Part shown: positions 41,850 to 56,159 of the stretch, one piece after another
Layout of the letters: the number at the start of each line of letters is the position of its first letter
How positions within the stretch are numbered: the stretch's first letter is position 1
Assembly: GCA_964016885.1 (NCBI GenBank)
Contig: OZ024759.1
Location: 10,168,001 to 10,232,000, forward strand
Source: Eledone cirrhosa
Taxonomy: Eukaryota
DNA length: 64,000 bases
Direction of reading: 5' to 3'
Translations under genes and position numbers: made by a program
Notes under the pieces: model-generated
What the model was told of the DNA's origin: nothing
Databases searched by the model: none
The model's input: the letters and a program-made list of their open reading frames with translations, nothing else

Positions 41850-44800
41850 CTAGGGTCTCCATGCTAATCTATACATGCTGTGGTTATGTATGTAAGGGGT
41901 CCCAGAGCATTGGTTCATTAGCAGGGACCTACCAGGACTAGGGAGTCCATGTTAATCTGTGTATGCTGTGGTTGTATGTAAGGGGTCCCAGAGCATTGGT
42001 TCATCAGCAGGGACCTACCAGGACTAGGGAGTCCATGTTAATCTGTGTATACTGTGCTTGTATGTAAGGGGTCCCAGAGCATTGGTTCATCAGCAGGGAC
42101 CTACCAGGACTAGGGAGTCCATGTTAATCTGTGTATGCTGTGGTTGTATGTAAGGGGTCCCAGAGCATTGGTTCATCAGCAGGGACCAACCAGGACTAGG
42201 GAGTCCATGCTAATCTATACATGCTGTGGTTGTATGTAAGGGGTCCCAGAGCATTGGTTCATCAGCAGGGACCTACCAGGACTAGGGAGTCCATGTTAAT
42301 CTGTGTATGCTGTGGTTGTATGTAAGGGGTCCCAGGGCATTGGTTCATCAGCAGGGACCTACCAGGACTAGGGAGTCCATGTTAATGTGTGTATGCTGTG
42401 GTTGTATATAAAGGGTCCCAGAGCATTGGTTCATCAGCAGGGACCTACCAGGACTAGGGAGTCCATGTTAATCTGTGTATGCTGCGGTTGTATGTAAGGG
42501 GTCCCAGGGCATTGGTTCATCAGCAGGGACTTACCAGGACTAGGGAGTCCATGTTAATCTGTGTATACTGTGGTTGTATGTAAGGGGTCCCAGAGCATTG
42601 GTTCATCAGCAGGGACCAACCAGGACTAGGGAGTCCATGCTAATCTATACATGCTGTGGTTGTATGTAAGGGGTCCCAGAGCATTGGTTCATCAGCAGGG
42701 ACCAACCAGGACTAGGGAGTCCATGTTAATCTGTGTATGCTGTGGTTGTATATAAAGGGTCCCAGAGCATTGGTTCATCAGCAGGGACCTACCAGGACTA
42801 GGGAGTCCATGTTAATCTGTGTATGCTGTGGTTGTATGTAAGGGGTCTCAGAGCATTGGTTCATCAGCAGGGACCTACCAGGACTAGGGAGTCCATGTTA
42901 ATCTGTGTATGCTGTGGTTGTATGTAAAGGGTCTCAGAGCATTGGTTCATCAGCAGGGACCTACCAGGACTAGGGAGTCCATGTTAATCTGTGTATGCTG
43001 TGGTTGTATGTAAGGGGTCCCAGGGCATTGGTTCATCAGCAGGGACCTACCAGGACTAGGGAGTCCATGTTAATCTGTGTATGCTGTGGTTGTATGTAAG
43101 GGGTCCCAGGGCATTGGTTCATCAGCAGGGACCTACCAGGACTAGGGAGTCCATGTTAATCTGTGTATGCTGTGGTTGTATGTAAGGGGTCCCAGGGCAT
43201 TGGTTCATCAGCAGGGACCTACCAGGACTAGGGAGTCCATGTTAATCTGTGTATGCTGTGGTTGTATGTAAGGGGTCCCAGGGCATTGGTTCATCAGCAG
43301 GGACCTACCAGGACTAGGGAGTCCATGTTAATCTGTGTATGCTGTGGTTGTATGTAAGGGGTCCCAGGGCATTGGTTCATCAGCAGGGACCTACCAGGAC
43401 TAGGGAGTCCATGTTAATCTGTGTATGCTGTGGTTGTATGTAAAGGGTCTCAGAGCATTGGTTCATCAGCAGGGACCTACCAGGACTAGGGAGTCCATGT
43501 TAATCTGTGTATGCTGTGGTTGTATGTAAGGGGTCCCAGGGCATTGGTTCATCAGCAGGGACCTACCAGGACTAGGGAGTCCATGTTAATCTGTGTATGC
43601 TGTGGTTGTATGTAAGGGGTCCCAGGGCATTGGTTCATCAGCAGGGACCTACCAGGACTAGGGAGTCCATGTTAATCTGTGTATGCTGTGGTTGTATGTA
43701 AGGGGTCCCAGGGCATTGGTTCATCAGCAGGGACCTACCAGGACTAGGGAGTCCATGTTAATCTGTGTATGCTGTGGTTGTATGTAAAGGGTCTCAGAGC
43801 ATTGGTTCATCAGCAGGGACCTACCAGGACTAGGGAGTCCATGTTAATCTGTGTATGCTGTGGTTGTATGTAAGGGGTCCCAGAGCATTGGTTCATCAGC
43901 AGGGACCTACCAGGACTAGGGAGTCCATGTTAATCTGTGTATGCTGTGGTTGTATGTAAAGGGTCCCAGAGCATTGGTTCATCAGCAGGGACCTACCAGG
44001 ACTAGGGAGTCCATGTTAATCTGTGTATGCTGTGGTTGTATGTAAAGGGTCTCAGAGCATTGGTTCATCAGCAGGGACCTACCAGGACTAGGGAGTCCAT
44101 GTTAATCTGTGTATGCTGTGGTTGTATATAAAGGGTCCCAGAGCATTGGTTCATCAGCAGGGACCTACCAGGACTAGGGAGTCCATGTTAATCTGTGTAT
44201 GCTGTGGTTGTATGTAAGGGGTCTCAGAGCATTGGTTCATCAGCAGGGACCTACCAGGACTAGGGAGTCCATGTTAATCTGTGTATGCTGTGGTTGTATG
44301 TAAGGGGTCCCAGGGCATTGGTTCATCAGCAGGGACCTACCAGGACTAGGGAGTCGATGTTAATCTGTGTATGCTGTGGTTGTATGTAAGGGGTCCCAGG
44401 GCATTGGTTCATCAGCAGGGACCTACCAGGACTAGGGAGTCCATGTTAATCTGTGTATGCTGTGGTTGTATGTAAGGGGTCCCAGGGCACTGGTTCATCA
44501 GCAGGGACCTACCAGGACTAGGGAGTCCATGTTAATCTGTGTATGCTGTGGTTGTATGTAAGGAGTCCCAGGGCATTGGTTCATCAGTAGGGACCTACCA
44601 GGACTAGGGAGTCCATGTTAATCTGTGTATGCTGTGGTTGTATGTAAGGGGTCCCAGGGCATTGGTTCATCAGCAGGGACCTACCAGGACTAGGGAGTCC
44701 ATGTTAATCTGTGTATGCTGTGGTTGTATGTAAGGGGTCTCAGAGCATTGGTTAAATCAGCAGGGACCTACTAGGACTAGGGAGTCCATGTTAATCTGTG

Positions 44801-45872
44801 TATGCTGTGGTTGTATGTAAGGGGTCCCAGGGCTTTGGTTCATCAGCAGGGACCTACCAGGACTAGGGAGTCCATGTTAATCTGTGTATGCTGTGGTTGT
44901 ATGTAAGGGGTCTCAGAGCATTGGTTAAATCAGCAGGGACCTACTAGGACTAGGGAGTCCATGTTAATCTGTGTATGCTGTGGTTGTATGTAAGGGGTCC
45001 CAGAGCATTGGTTCATCAGCAGGGACCTACCAGGACTAGGGAGTTCATGTTAATCTGTGTATGCTGTGGTTGTATGTAAGGGGTCCCAGGGCTTTGGTTC
45101 ATCAGCAGGGACCTACCAGGACGAGGGAGTCCATGTTAATCTGTGTATGTTGTGGTTGTATGTAAGGGGTCTCAGAGCATTGGTTCATCAGCAGGGACCT
45201 ACCAGGACTAGGGAGTCCATGTTAATCTGTGTATGCTGTGGTTGTATGTAAGGGGTCTCAGAGCATTGGTTCATCAGCAGGGACCTACCAGGACTAGGGA
45301 GTCCATGTTAATCTGTGTATGCTGTGGTTGTATGTAAGGGGTCTCAGGGCATTGGTTCATCAGCAGGGACCTACCAGGACTAGGGAGTCCATGTTAATCT
45401 GTGTATGCTGTGGTTGTATATAAAGGGTCCCAGAGCATTGGTTCATCAGCAGGGACCTACCAGGACTAGGGAGTCCATGTTAATCTGTGTATGCTGTGGT
45501 TGTATGTAAGGGGTCCCAGAGCATTGGTTCATCAGCAGGGATTTACCAGGACTAGGGAGTCCATGTTAATCTGTGTATGCTGTGGTTGTATATAAAGGGT
45601 CCCAGAGCATTGGTTCATCAGCAGGGACCTACCAGGACTAGGGAGTCCATGTTAATCTGTGTATGCTGTGGTTGTATGTAAGGGGTCCCAGAGCATTGGT
45701 TCATCAGCAGGGATCTACCAGGACTAGGGAGTCCATGTTAATCTGTGTATGCTGTGGTTGTATGTAAGGGGTCCCAGAGCATTGGTTCATCAGCAGGGAC
45801 CTACGAGGACTAGGGAGTCCATGTTAATCTGTGTATGCTGTGGTTGTATGTAAGGGGTCCCAGGGCTTTGGT
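41850..45872. repeat. 86-bp satellite (~46 copies)
   Basis: Unit GGGAGTCCATGTTAATCTGTGTATGCTGTGGTTGTATGTAAGGGGTCCCAGAGCATTGGTTCATCAGCAGGGACCTACCAGGACTA. Confidence 0.97.
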
Positions 45873-46060
45873 CAGCTTGAAGCTAACCACGTCTACAGAC
45901 TTCATACTAGTCTATGTGTGTTGTGGTCCCAAGACATTTCTTTATCATGAGAGGCCACCAGAATTAGTGACTCCATGCTAATCTATGTATACTGTAGTTG
46001 TGTATGAAAGGGGCTCTAGAGCATTACTTTGCCTGGGAGTCACTGGGTGTAGCAGTTTAA

Positions 46061-46915
46061 TATCACCATATGTAGGGGTTTAATACTAATTAATGTATGT
46101 TGTGTATGTAGGGTCCCAAAACATGACTTTATCACCATATGTAGGGGTTTAATACTAATTAATGTATGTTGTGTATGTAGGGTCCCAAAACATGGCTTTA
46201 TCACCATATGTAGGGGTTTAATACTAATTAATGTATGTTGTGTATGTAGGGTCCCAAAACATGGCTTTATCACCATATGTAGGGGTATAATACTAATTAA
46301 TGTATGTTGTGTATGTAGGGTCCCAAAACATGGCTTTATCACCATATGTAGGGGTTTAATACTAATTAATGTATGTTGTGTATGTAGGGTCCCAAAACAT
46401 GGCTTTATCACCATATGTAGGGGTTTAATACTAATTAATGTATGTTGTGTATGTAGGGTCCCAAAACATGGCTTTATCACCATATGTAGGGGTTTAATAC
46501 TAATTAATGTATGTTGTGTATGTAGGGTCCCAAAACATGGCTTTATCACCATATGTAGGGGTTTAATACTAATTAATGTATGTTGTGTATGTAGGGTCCC
46601 AAAACATGGCTTTATCACCATATGTAGGGGTTTAATACTAATTAATGTATATTGTGTATGTAGGGTCCCAAAACATGACTTTATCACCATATGTAGGGGT
46701 TTAATACTAATTAATGTATGTTGTGTATGTAGGGTCCCAAAACATGGCTTTATCACCATATGTAGGGGTTTAATACTAATTAATGTATGTTGTGTATGTA
46801 GGGTCCCAAAACATGGCTTTATCACCATATGTAGGGGTTTAATACTAATTAATGTATGTTGTGTATGTAGGGTCCCAAAACATGGCTTTATCACCATATG
46901 TAGGGGTTTAATACT
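46061..46915. repeat. 66-bp minisatellite (~13 copies)
   Basis: Direct tandem units; shares GTATGTA(A)GGGTCCCA with the 86-bp array. Confidence 0.95.
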
Positions 46916-47034
46916 GAAATAACCCCTCCCACCTTCCTGAAAAAACTGTTACAATTTTTAAGAAATGTTAAATGTTTCTTTCAGTTAATTGAATCTTTTT
47001 TAATGTTTTAATTTTAAAAAAAATTTATTTTCAG

Positions 47035-47076
47035 GTTTTTCAAGTTTTAGAAAAACATAAAAGCAATGTGGTGAAG
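47035..47076 (+). CDS. WDR11: WDR11 exon 3 (42 nt)
   Basis: tttcag|...AAG|gtaata; VFQVLEKHKSNVVK versus human TLQVLEKHKADVVK. Confidence 0.93.
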
Positions 47077-47149
47077 GTAATATTGTGTATTATTTTATAA
47101 CAATCTGTTTGATATGAGTGTTGATATTTAGTTAGCTTTTCAATAGTCT

Positions 47150-47886
47150 ATGTAATGAAGCCTCCATGCTTCGCTGGGTGTTCAATAGCAATATATGTGA
47201 ATGGCAAAGTATAAATACACTGCATGAGAAATTAGGCTTAAGAGTTGATCAGTTGTGTGCAGGAGAGGAGATTGTGTTGGTATGGACATGTGATGCGTAT
47301 GACGGATGACAGCTGTATAATAAGGTGCAGAGGGCTCAAAGTCGATGGAAACCGTGGTGTGGGGAGGCCTAGGAAGACTTCGGATGATGAGGTAATAAAA
47401 GCTGACCTTGCACAATTACACCTCTCAAAAGCAATGACTCAGGACCGCGACCTCTGGTGCTATGAAGCTTTACAGAAGACCCGCCCTCTATTGTTCTCGG
47501 GATGAGGCTTATACTTAGTAGGCAATCAGCCTGCTATCCCCTCTCATCCACCCCCCTCAGTGGTAACCATACCTCCCCTACTACCCTGTCCACATTTTCC
47601 CTCAAGCCCCTCCACCCTTCCCAGCCCCCACTGTGTTGTGTCGGTGACACAACAAAGGTGCCCAGTCCACACTGTAAAGAACATCCAGTCCACACTGTAA
47701 GGTGATCGTGTAGGTGTCACGACAAAAAGCACCCAGCACTCACTGTAAACGTGGTTGGCGTTAGGAAGGGCATCCAGCCGTAGAAAACCAGCCAGAAACT
47801 CTCCCGACCCAACTTGCCTCTAATTGGGACAAACCCGTCTAACCCATGCTAGCGTGAAAGATGGACGTTAATCGATGATGATGATG
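47150..47886 (+). mobile_element. RTE LINE 3' fragment
   Basis: RRLCWYGHVMRM...GRPRKT, 3'UTR and (GAT)n tail. Confidence 0.85.
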
Positions 47887-48165
47887 TAATAAAGCACCCA
47901 GTCCATCCTATAATAATAATAATAATAATAATGAAAATTATTATATACAGTGCTCAGGTGCACTACAACCCATCAAAGGTGCATGTATAGTACATAGAAT
48001 AATGTAGAAATGTCAGGAAAGTGAACAGTGTATGAGTCATGATATATATACAGACACATGTGTATGTGTGTGGAGGGGGAATATCAGGTGAAGTGTTGGA
48101 GAAGTTTGGGAAGCATGAAAGTTTTGAAGGATGCTGTGACCCAACAGCTAACAACTGATGCAGGT

Positions 48166-48833
48166 ATATATAACAGTACTATGTCTTACAGTACTATGTC
48201 TAACATAGTACTATGTATAACAGTACTATATATAACAGTACTATATATAACAGTACTATGTATAACAGTACTATGTCTTACAGTACTATATATAACAGTA
48301 CTATGTATAACAGTGCTATGTCTTACAGTACTATATATAACAGTACTATGTCTAACATAGTACTATGTATAACAGTACTATATATAACAGTACTATATAT
48401 AACAGTACTATGTATAACAGTACTATATCTAACAGTACTATGTCGAACAGTACTATGTCTAACAGTACTATATATAACAGTACTATGTCTAACAGCACTA
48501 TATATAACAGTACTATGTCTTACAGTACTATGTCTTACAGTACTATGTCTAACAATACTATGTCTTACAGTACTATATGTAACAGTACTATGTTTAACAG
48601 TACTATATATAACAGTACTATGTCTAACAGTACTATGTCTAACAGTACTATATCTAACAGTACTATGTCTTACAGTACTATGTCTAACAGTACTATATAT
48701 AACAGTACTATGTCTAACAGTACTATGTCTGACAGTACTATATATAACAGTACTATATGTAACAGTACTATATATAACAGTACTATGTCTAACAGTACTA
48801 TATATAACAGTACTATATATAACAGTACTATGT
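48166..48833. repeat. 15-bp minisatellite
   Basis: AACAGTACTAT(ATAT/GTCT) units. Confidence 0.95.
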
Positions 48834-48948
48834 TTTAAACTACACATTTTCACTAAGCTCTGTCACAGATAGACATTATAAATATTTGAAATAACAAACC
48901 TGTTTTTAGATATTTTCTGCTAAATTATTACAAGATGTTGAGTATTAA

Positions 48949-50600
48949 CCCTTTAGCATTTTAACTGGCCATATCTGGCCAGAATTCTCTCACCTCTTCA
49001 AACCAACCATAACGGGCTGCTCATACTTATGTTAAGGTATTGTTCTCAATAAATAATACCAAAATCTCGTAGATTTGATATTATGCGAGATCATTTTGTC
49101 AGATAAAGCCTTTACCATGAAAATACAATAGTATATATAGAGTAATGTAAATGTTATGTGAGATATTATGTGAGGTAAAGCCTTTACAGTGAAAATACAA
49201 TAGTATATATAGAGTAATGTAAATGTTATATGAGATATTATGTGAGGTAAAGCCTTTACTGTGAAAATACAATAGTATATATAGAGTAATGTAAATGTTA
49301 TGTGAGATATTATGTGAGGTAAAGCCTTTACTGTGAAAATACAATAGTATATATAGAGTAATGTAAATGTTATGTGAGCTATTATATGAGGTACAGCCGT
49401 TACTGTGAAAATACAATAGTATATATAGAGTAATGTAAATGTTATGTGAGCTATTATATGAGGTAAAGCCTTTACTGTGATAATACAATAGTATATATAG
49501 AGTAATTTAAATGTTATGTGAGATATTATGTGAGGTAAAGCCTTTACTGTGAAAATACAATAGTATATATAGAGTAATGTAAATGTTATGTGAGGTATTA
49601 TGTGAGGTAAAGCCTTTACTGTGACAATACAATAGTATATATAGAGTAATGTAAATGTTATGTGAGATATTATGTGAGGTAAAGCCTTTACTGTGAAAAT
49701 ACAATAGTATATATAGAGTAATGTAAATGTTATATGAGATATTATGTGAGGTAAAGCCTTTACTGTGAAAATACAATAGTATATATAGAGTAATGTAAAT
49801 GTTATGTGAGATATTATGTGAGGTAAAGCCTTTACTGTGAAAATACAATAGTATATATAGAGTAATGTAAATGTTATGTGAGCTATTATATGAGGTACAG
49901 CCGTTACTGTGAAAATACAATAGTATATATAGAGTAATGTAAATGTTATGTGAGCTATTATATGAGGTACAGCCTTTACTGTGAAAATACAATAGTATAT
50001 ATAGAGTAATGTAAATGTTATGTGAGCTATTATATGAGGTACAGCCTTTACTGTGAAAATACAATAGTATATATAGAATAATGTAAATGTTATGTGAGCT
50101 ATTATATGAGGTACAGCCTTTACTGTGAAAATACAGTAGTATATATAGAGTAATGTAAATGTTATGTGAGCTATTATATGAGGTACAGCCTTTACTGTGA
50201 AAATACAATAGTATATATAGAGTAATGTAAATGTTATGTGAGCTATTATATGAGGTACAGCCTTTACTGTGAAAATACAATAGTATATATAGAGTAATGT
50301 AAATGTTATGTGAGCTATTATATGAGGTACAGCCTTTACTGTGAAAATACAATAGTATATATAGAGTAATGTAAATGTTATGTGAGATATTATGTGAGGT
50401 AAAGCCTTTACTGTGAAAATACAATAGTATATATAGAGTAATGTAAATGTTATGTGAGCTATTATATGAGGTACAGCCGTTACTGTGAAATACAATAGTA
50501 TATATAGAGTAATGTAAATGTTATGTGAGATATTATGTGAGGTAAAGCCTTTACTGTGACAATACAATAGTATATATAGAGTAATGTAAATGTTAAAGGG
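48949..50600. mobile_element. piggyBac-like MITE with internal 72-bp tandem expansion (~21 copies)
   Basis: TTAA|CCCTTTAGCATTT...TAAATGTTAAAGGG|TTAA; same family as 12953 and 57295. Confidence 0.85.
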
Positions 50601-50917
50601 TTAAATATATTAAGTATTATGTTAAGACTGTCTTATCTAGTTGTTTTATAGTCACTCCTAGTCTAAGTATTAAATATAAGACTAACTGCTATCTGTTAGT
50701 CATTACTGGTCTATGTCTTAAATCTTTGTGAATATATTTCTTATAAAGTACACTGTATTTTGTTATCAACTGAGGTAGTATTTCCCTAAACTTCTTCCAT
50801 CCTATCCTTATTCTAGCTCCTATGCTCCCAGAGCGTCCCCCTTCGCTGCTAATTAAATCTCTTTGTCCATTATTATAGTTTGTGAAAACAAAAGTAATGT
50901 AAATATTTTATCTGCAG

Positions 50918-51071
50918 GTGAAATGGGCTCGTCAGAATTACCACCATGACACCGCAAGCCCATATACACTACAGCTGGCCTCTGCTGATGCTTCCGGTAC
51001 AATTATGTTGTGGGATGTTGTTAGTGGAGAAGTGAAATCAGAGTTTTCAGATGGCAATAAGACAATCCAAG
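50918..51071 (+). CDS. WDR11: WDR11 exon 4
   Basis: ctgcag|GTG...CAA G|gtaatt; VKWARQNYHH...LASADASGTIMLWDV (WD40 repeat). Confidence 0.96.
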
Positions 51072-51146
51072 GTAATTTATTAAATAATAAATATTTTAAA
51101 TCATATTTTAGAGTGTGTTGATAGAAATAGGAATTTCATGAATGTA

Positions 51147-51690
51147 CCGTATTTGCCAGCGCCGAAGACACTTCATCCTCGAGGATGCACCCTAATTCTG
51201 ATAACCAAATATTTGAAAATAAATAATTGTTTCTACGTTAGGCACAAGGCCAGCAATTACAGTCTGCAATCTAAATGAAAGTGGAAGGTCAATAAATCAG
51301 CCTCATTGTCTTACTGGTACTTCATTTTGTTGACCCCGTTAGGATAAACAGTAAAACTAACCAAGGCAGGATTGGACTCAGAATATAATAATTAAAATAA
51401 TTGTTTCTATTTTAGGCACAAGGCCAGCAAATACCCAGTGCATTACTGGTACTTTATTTTATCGACCCCGTAAGGATGAAAGGCAAAGTTAACCTCAGCG
51501 GGATTTGAACTCAGAATGGCAAGGGCCGTAACTCTATGCGCCAAAGCATGGCATCCGACCCTCCACCGATACTGCCAATCCACCTATTTGAAAATAAATA
51601 ATAAACAACCTTTGGCCTCCTTGACGCATGGTAGATTTTTGAGACTTATTGTAGGGAAAAAAGTAGCATCTTCAACTCCGGGAAATACGG
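51147..51690. mobile_element. Tc1/pogo-type MITE containing two SINE-A insertions
   Basis: TA|CCGTATTT...AAATACGG|TA. Confidence 0.65.
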
Positions 51691-52148
51691 TATATTGACT
51701 GTTAACTGTTTCAATATATATTGACTTAACCTCTTCAGTGCTGTAGATGAGATAACTCATCCTAACATGTTTGAACTTGTTTCCAACAGTTCATAACTTC
51801 AAAGTTATGAACTCGTTTCCAACAGTTCATAACTTCAAAGTTATGATCTCATTTCCAAAAACCCCGTTTAGCACCAAAATAGCCACAAAATGCTTTTGTT
51901 ATTGTGTTGTTATTGTAGATACATAGTTGTCCCCCGGTGTTTGCAGGGCTTACGTTCCTAGAGCACCCGCGAAGAATGAAAAACCGTGAATATTGGACGT
52001 GGTCCATAAAAATGCCGATAAACGTCAAAACATGACGTAAGATATAGGCCGGCAAATACGGTTTATCGTTAATTTAGTGTTAAAAAGCTTGAAGAAAGAT
52101 ATATTGCCACAGAAAAAGCCATAAAAATAATTGTGTAAGATATTTAAT

Positions 52149-52497
52149 GGAGGCACATGGCTTAGTGGTTGGAGCATTGGGCTTGCAATCGAAAGGTTGT
52201 GAGTTCAATTCTCAGACCGGGTGATGTGTTGTTTCCTTGAGCAAGACACTTTATTTCACATTGCTCCAGTTTACTCAGCTGTAGAAATGAGATGATAGGG
52301 ACTGGGGTCCCTATCATTCCACTGCAAAGTGGTTGTGGAGGTGCCACGGCAAAAAAGCACCCAGCACTCACTGTAAATGAGGTTGGTGTTAGGAAGGGCA
52401 TCCAGCTGTAGAAATCAAGCCAGAATCAGTTCCCGTCCCACCCTTGCAAGCAGGGAAAAGTGGACGTAAAATGATGATGATGATGATGATGATGATT
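52149..52497 (+). mobile_element. full-length SINE family B
   Basis: A box TGGCTTAGTGG, B box GTTCAATTC, CORE-like body, RTE tail and (GAT)n; flanked by GATATTTAA/GATTTAA. Lies within a possible Tigger-like element (~51925-52610). Confidence 0.88.
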
Positions 52498-52904
52498 TAA
52501 GATTCTACGAATGTGCGGTGGTTTCCACAAATAATTATTAGTTAGGTTCTAAATTCCGCAAATAACCGGGTCCGGGAATGCCGAACCGCAAATATGCAGG
52601 GGTACACTGTATATTCTGAATTGCCTCCCTCGTCCCCACACTCACACTTGCTTCACTGTGGTCTTTGATTTGAATATTTTTTGATAAATAAATTTTCGGG
52701 CGGTGGATTGGCAGAATCGGTAGAGCATCGGACACAATGCTTTGCAGCATAGAGTTACGACCCTTTACGTTCTGATTTCAAATTGTGCCGAGGTTGGCTT
52801 TGCCTTTTATCCTTACGGGATCGATAAAATAAAGTACCAGTAATACACTGGGGTGATTTAATCGACTTTCCCCTCCCTTAAAATTGTTGGCCTTGTGTCT
52901 AAAT

Positions 52905-53211
52905 CAGTGGTTCCCAAACTGGGGCCCACAGTCTCCTAGGGGACCGCGAAGGCTTAGCCAAATTTTCATATTTCTATAAAAACCCATATCCAATTAGCAA
53001 AACCTTTTTAGAAAGCATTGAACACAATAGCAGTTTTGGGCATTTTAATACGACTTACATTAAATCATAGTAGAATTGTCATGCATTTCATAAAAGTTTG
53101 TCTTTGAAAAACTTTGGAAATGCTGCCATAATATGATAGGGGACCGCAAGGCACCCAAAAAATGGTAAGGGGACCGCCGAGAAATAATTTGTAAAAGTTT
53201 GGGAACCACTG
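52905..53211. mobile_element. hAT (Charlie-like) MITE
   Basis: Perfect 16-bp TIR CAGTGGTTCCCAAACT; 8-bp TSD GTCTAAAT; inserted in a SINE-A 3' end. Confidence 0.9.
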
Positions 53212-53679
53212 GTCTAAATCAAAACCAGGTGGATTGGCAGTATCGGTAGAGGGTCGGATGTCATGCTTTGACGCATAGAGTTACGGCCCTTGCCATTCTG
53301 ATTTCAAATCCCGCCGAGGTTAACTTTGCCTTTCATCCTTACGGGGTCGATAAAATAAAGTACCAGTAATGCACTGGGATAATTACTGGTCTTGTGTCTA
53401 AATGTAGAAACAATTATTTGATAAAACCAGGGCGGTGGATTAGCAGTATCGGTAGAGGGTCAGACGCCAAGCTTGGCAGCACAGAGTTACGGCCCTTTAT
53501 GTTCTGAGTTCAAATCCCGCCGAGGTTAACTTTGTCTTTCATCCTTACAGGGTCGATAAAATAAAGTACCAGTAATACACTGGGGGTCGATTTAATTGAC
53601 TTTCCCCTCTCCCAAAATTGTTGGCCTTGTGCTGATATAAGAAACGATTATTTGCTAAATGAATGTAATCTTGTTGTAG

Positions 53680-53853
53680 ATATGGAGTGGTTGTCATGTC
53701 AGGACACAAACCACAATTACCTAGTGGCCCTCCACCCTCCATATTCTCTGGTCTTGTGGAATGCAGACACTGGAACGAAAATTTGGAAGAAATCCTACAC
53801 AGAATCTCTTGTCTCATTTGTCTTTGATCCATTTGAGATTAGAAACATTGCTT
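53680..53853 (+). CDS. WDR11: WDR11 exon 5
   Basis: ttgtag|AT...GCT T|gtaagt; LVALHPPYSLVLWNADTGTKIWKKSY...FDPF. Confidence 0.96.
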
Positions 53854-53865
53854 GTAAGTGTTGCT

Positions 53866-53900
<35 letters not shown>

Positions 53901-54674
53901 GTTGTTGGTGTTGGTGTTGTTGTTGTTGTTGCTGTTGCTGTTGTTCAAATCGAACCCTTAACCTCTTACTACCAACTGACAAACTGCATATACTTAGACT
54001 TTATACCCTCTTGTTGTATCTAAACCTTTTTAATTACCCACAAAAACCAATACCTATATCCCCCCTTCTCCTTCATTCCTCTTCTATTTCTTAGTTTTCT
54101 TCCTTCCTTCCCTCCCCTTTTTGGCTATATTTTCTTTTCTTCCCCCACCCCCTTCTTTGCTTTTATTTTTGTCATTATTATCTTTATCTTTATTTTTTAT
54201 ATATATATTTATCTCTTTATATCGCCCCCCCCCCTCTCTCTCTATCCACCCCTCCCACTATGATCAATTTAATTCTCTTTAACTCACTACATTCCATGAC
54301 ATGAAGTCTACATATCAAAACTTCTCAAGGAATCCTTTCACCTCTACCCCTCCCTCCATCTCAGTTTGTCACTCTACTTCCTAACTCTTCCCCCTTCCTC
54401 TCTCTCTATACTATTCCGTCTGTCCCCTCAACTTCTGATTCCTCTCTCTCTATACTAGTAAATACAATTCCAAATAAATGTTTTTCTCTATATATTAAGA
54501 ATTATTTCAAGAGTAACTTACTCACTATTTTGAAAATTTGGACTGTGAACAACAATTATAATTGAGTGGCTGCTATTTGCAGTATAGTAATATAAGGTTG
54601 CACTTTCCAATGAAACTGTCGTAAATACCTGGATAAAATCCTTCTCTTAATGCTTACCTGTGTTTTCTCTTTTA

Positions 54675-54726
<52 letters not shown>

Positions 54727-54885
54727 CAAGAATAAAGAGAAAGAACAAAGTAAACAATACTGTACAATGAAGAAATATATTATCTTATGAAAGAAATATT
54801 GTATTTATTTCATGTTTAATTAACTATTTCTCTGCCATAATTTAATTATTTCTAACTTTTGGAATATTTTTTGTTATATTTTCAG

Positions 54886-54987
54886 TTCTGGGTCAAGATT
54901 GCATCATATTTGTCGATGACTTCTCAGTCACTAAACTTCCATCTAGCAATGGGAAGAAGTTTTATATTTCTAGTCCTTCAGCCCAAG
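54886..54987 (+). CDS. WDR11: WDR11 exon 6
   Basis: tttcag|...CAA G|gtaaag; LGQDCIIFVDDFSVTKLPSSNGKKFYISSP. Confidence 0.93.
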
Positions 54988-55175
54988 GTAAAGACACTAG
55001 TTCCCCTCATTTCACTTTCTTGTACCAGTAATTCAAATGGTCAGCCTTGTCTCATTTTGTATCACACTGATTCATTCTTATCATTTAACATCCCTTTTCC
55101 CTGTCTGTGAATTAAGTTAATTCTGTGGAATACTCAACCACTAGCACTGTAAAACAAGACACTCACCTTCTAGAA

Positions 55176-56102
55176 CATTGGTTCTTAACCATTTTCTATT
55201 GCGGCACCCCCTCAGATTTTGAAATTCCATCCCTCAACCCTAGACCTAGCACATAAGGCAAAAAGAAATTCAATTTTCAGGTGAAATTATCAGCTAATTA
55301 GTTGCTACTATTTAATTAATTAACTACTATAATTTAATTAAATAACTAATATATTAATAATTATTTCTACATTTGGCACAAGGCCAGAAATTATCTCAGT
55401 GCATTACTGGTACTTTATTTTATCAACCCCGTAAGGATGAAAGGCAAAGTTAACCTCGGCGAGATTTAATAATAATGAAATTATTGTGTACAGTGCTCAG
55501 GTGCACTACAACTCATCAAAGGTGCATGTATAGTATATAGAATAATTGTTTCTAGGAAAGTGAACAGTGTATGAGTCATGATATATACACAGATGCATGT
55601 TTTTTTTTTGTTTTTTTTTGTTTTTTTACGTCCGCTTTTCCCTGCTTGCAAGGGTGGGACGGGAACTGATTCTGGCTTGATTTCTACAGCTGGATGCCCT
55701 TCCTAACACCAACCTCATTTACAGTGAGGACTGGGTGCTTTTTTGCCGTGACACCTCCACGACCACTTTGCAGTGGAATGATAGGGACCCCAGTCCCTAT
55801 CATCTCATTTCTACAGCTGAGTAAACTGGAGCAATGTGAAATAAAGTGTCTTGCTCAAGGAAACAACACATCACCCGGTCTGAGAATTGAACTCACAACC
55901 TTTCGATTGCAAGGCCAATGCTCTAACCACTAAGCCATGTGCCTCCATCATGTGTGCGTTGAAATAAATTGAAAGCTATGAAACATTGGATGATGCAAAG
56001 TAAAATGAAAAAAAAGTTGTTGCTCTAGATATCTGTTAGCACCCCTAAGGACTGAACCTCACAGCTCTTGAGGGTGTCAGCACCCCAAGTTAAGAACCAC
56101 TG
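55176..56102. mobile_element. older hAT-like element with nested SINEs
   Basis: TIRs CATTGGTTCTTAAC / GTTAAGAACCACTG; TSD not conserved. Confidence 0.5.
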
Positions 56103-56159
56103 CCTCAGAGAGTAAATATATATCTTTTTCACAATTATTCTATTTTGTTATATTTTCAG

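Noticed and set aside
52149-52225. tRNA gene
   Set aside because: A/B boxes run directly into a SINE body and tail, and the sequence is multicopy; these are SINE heads.
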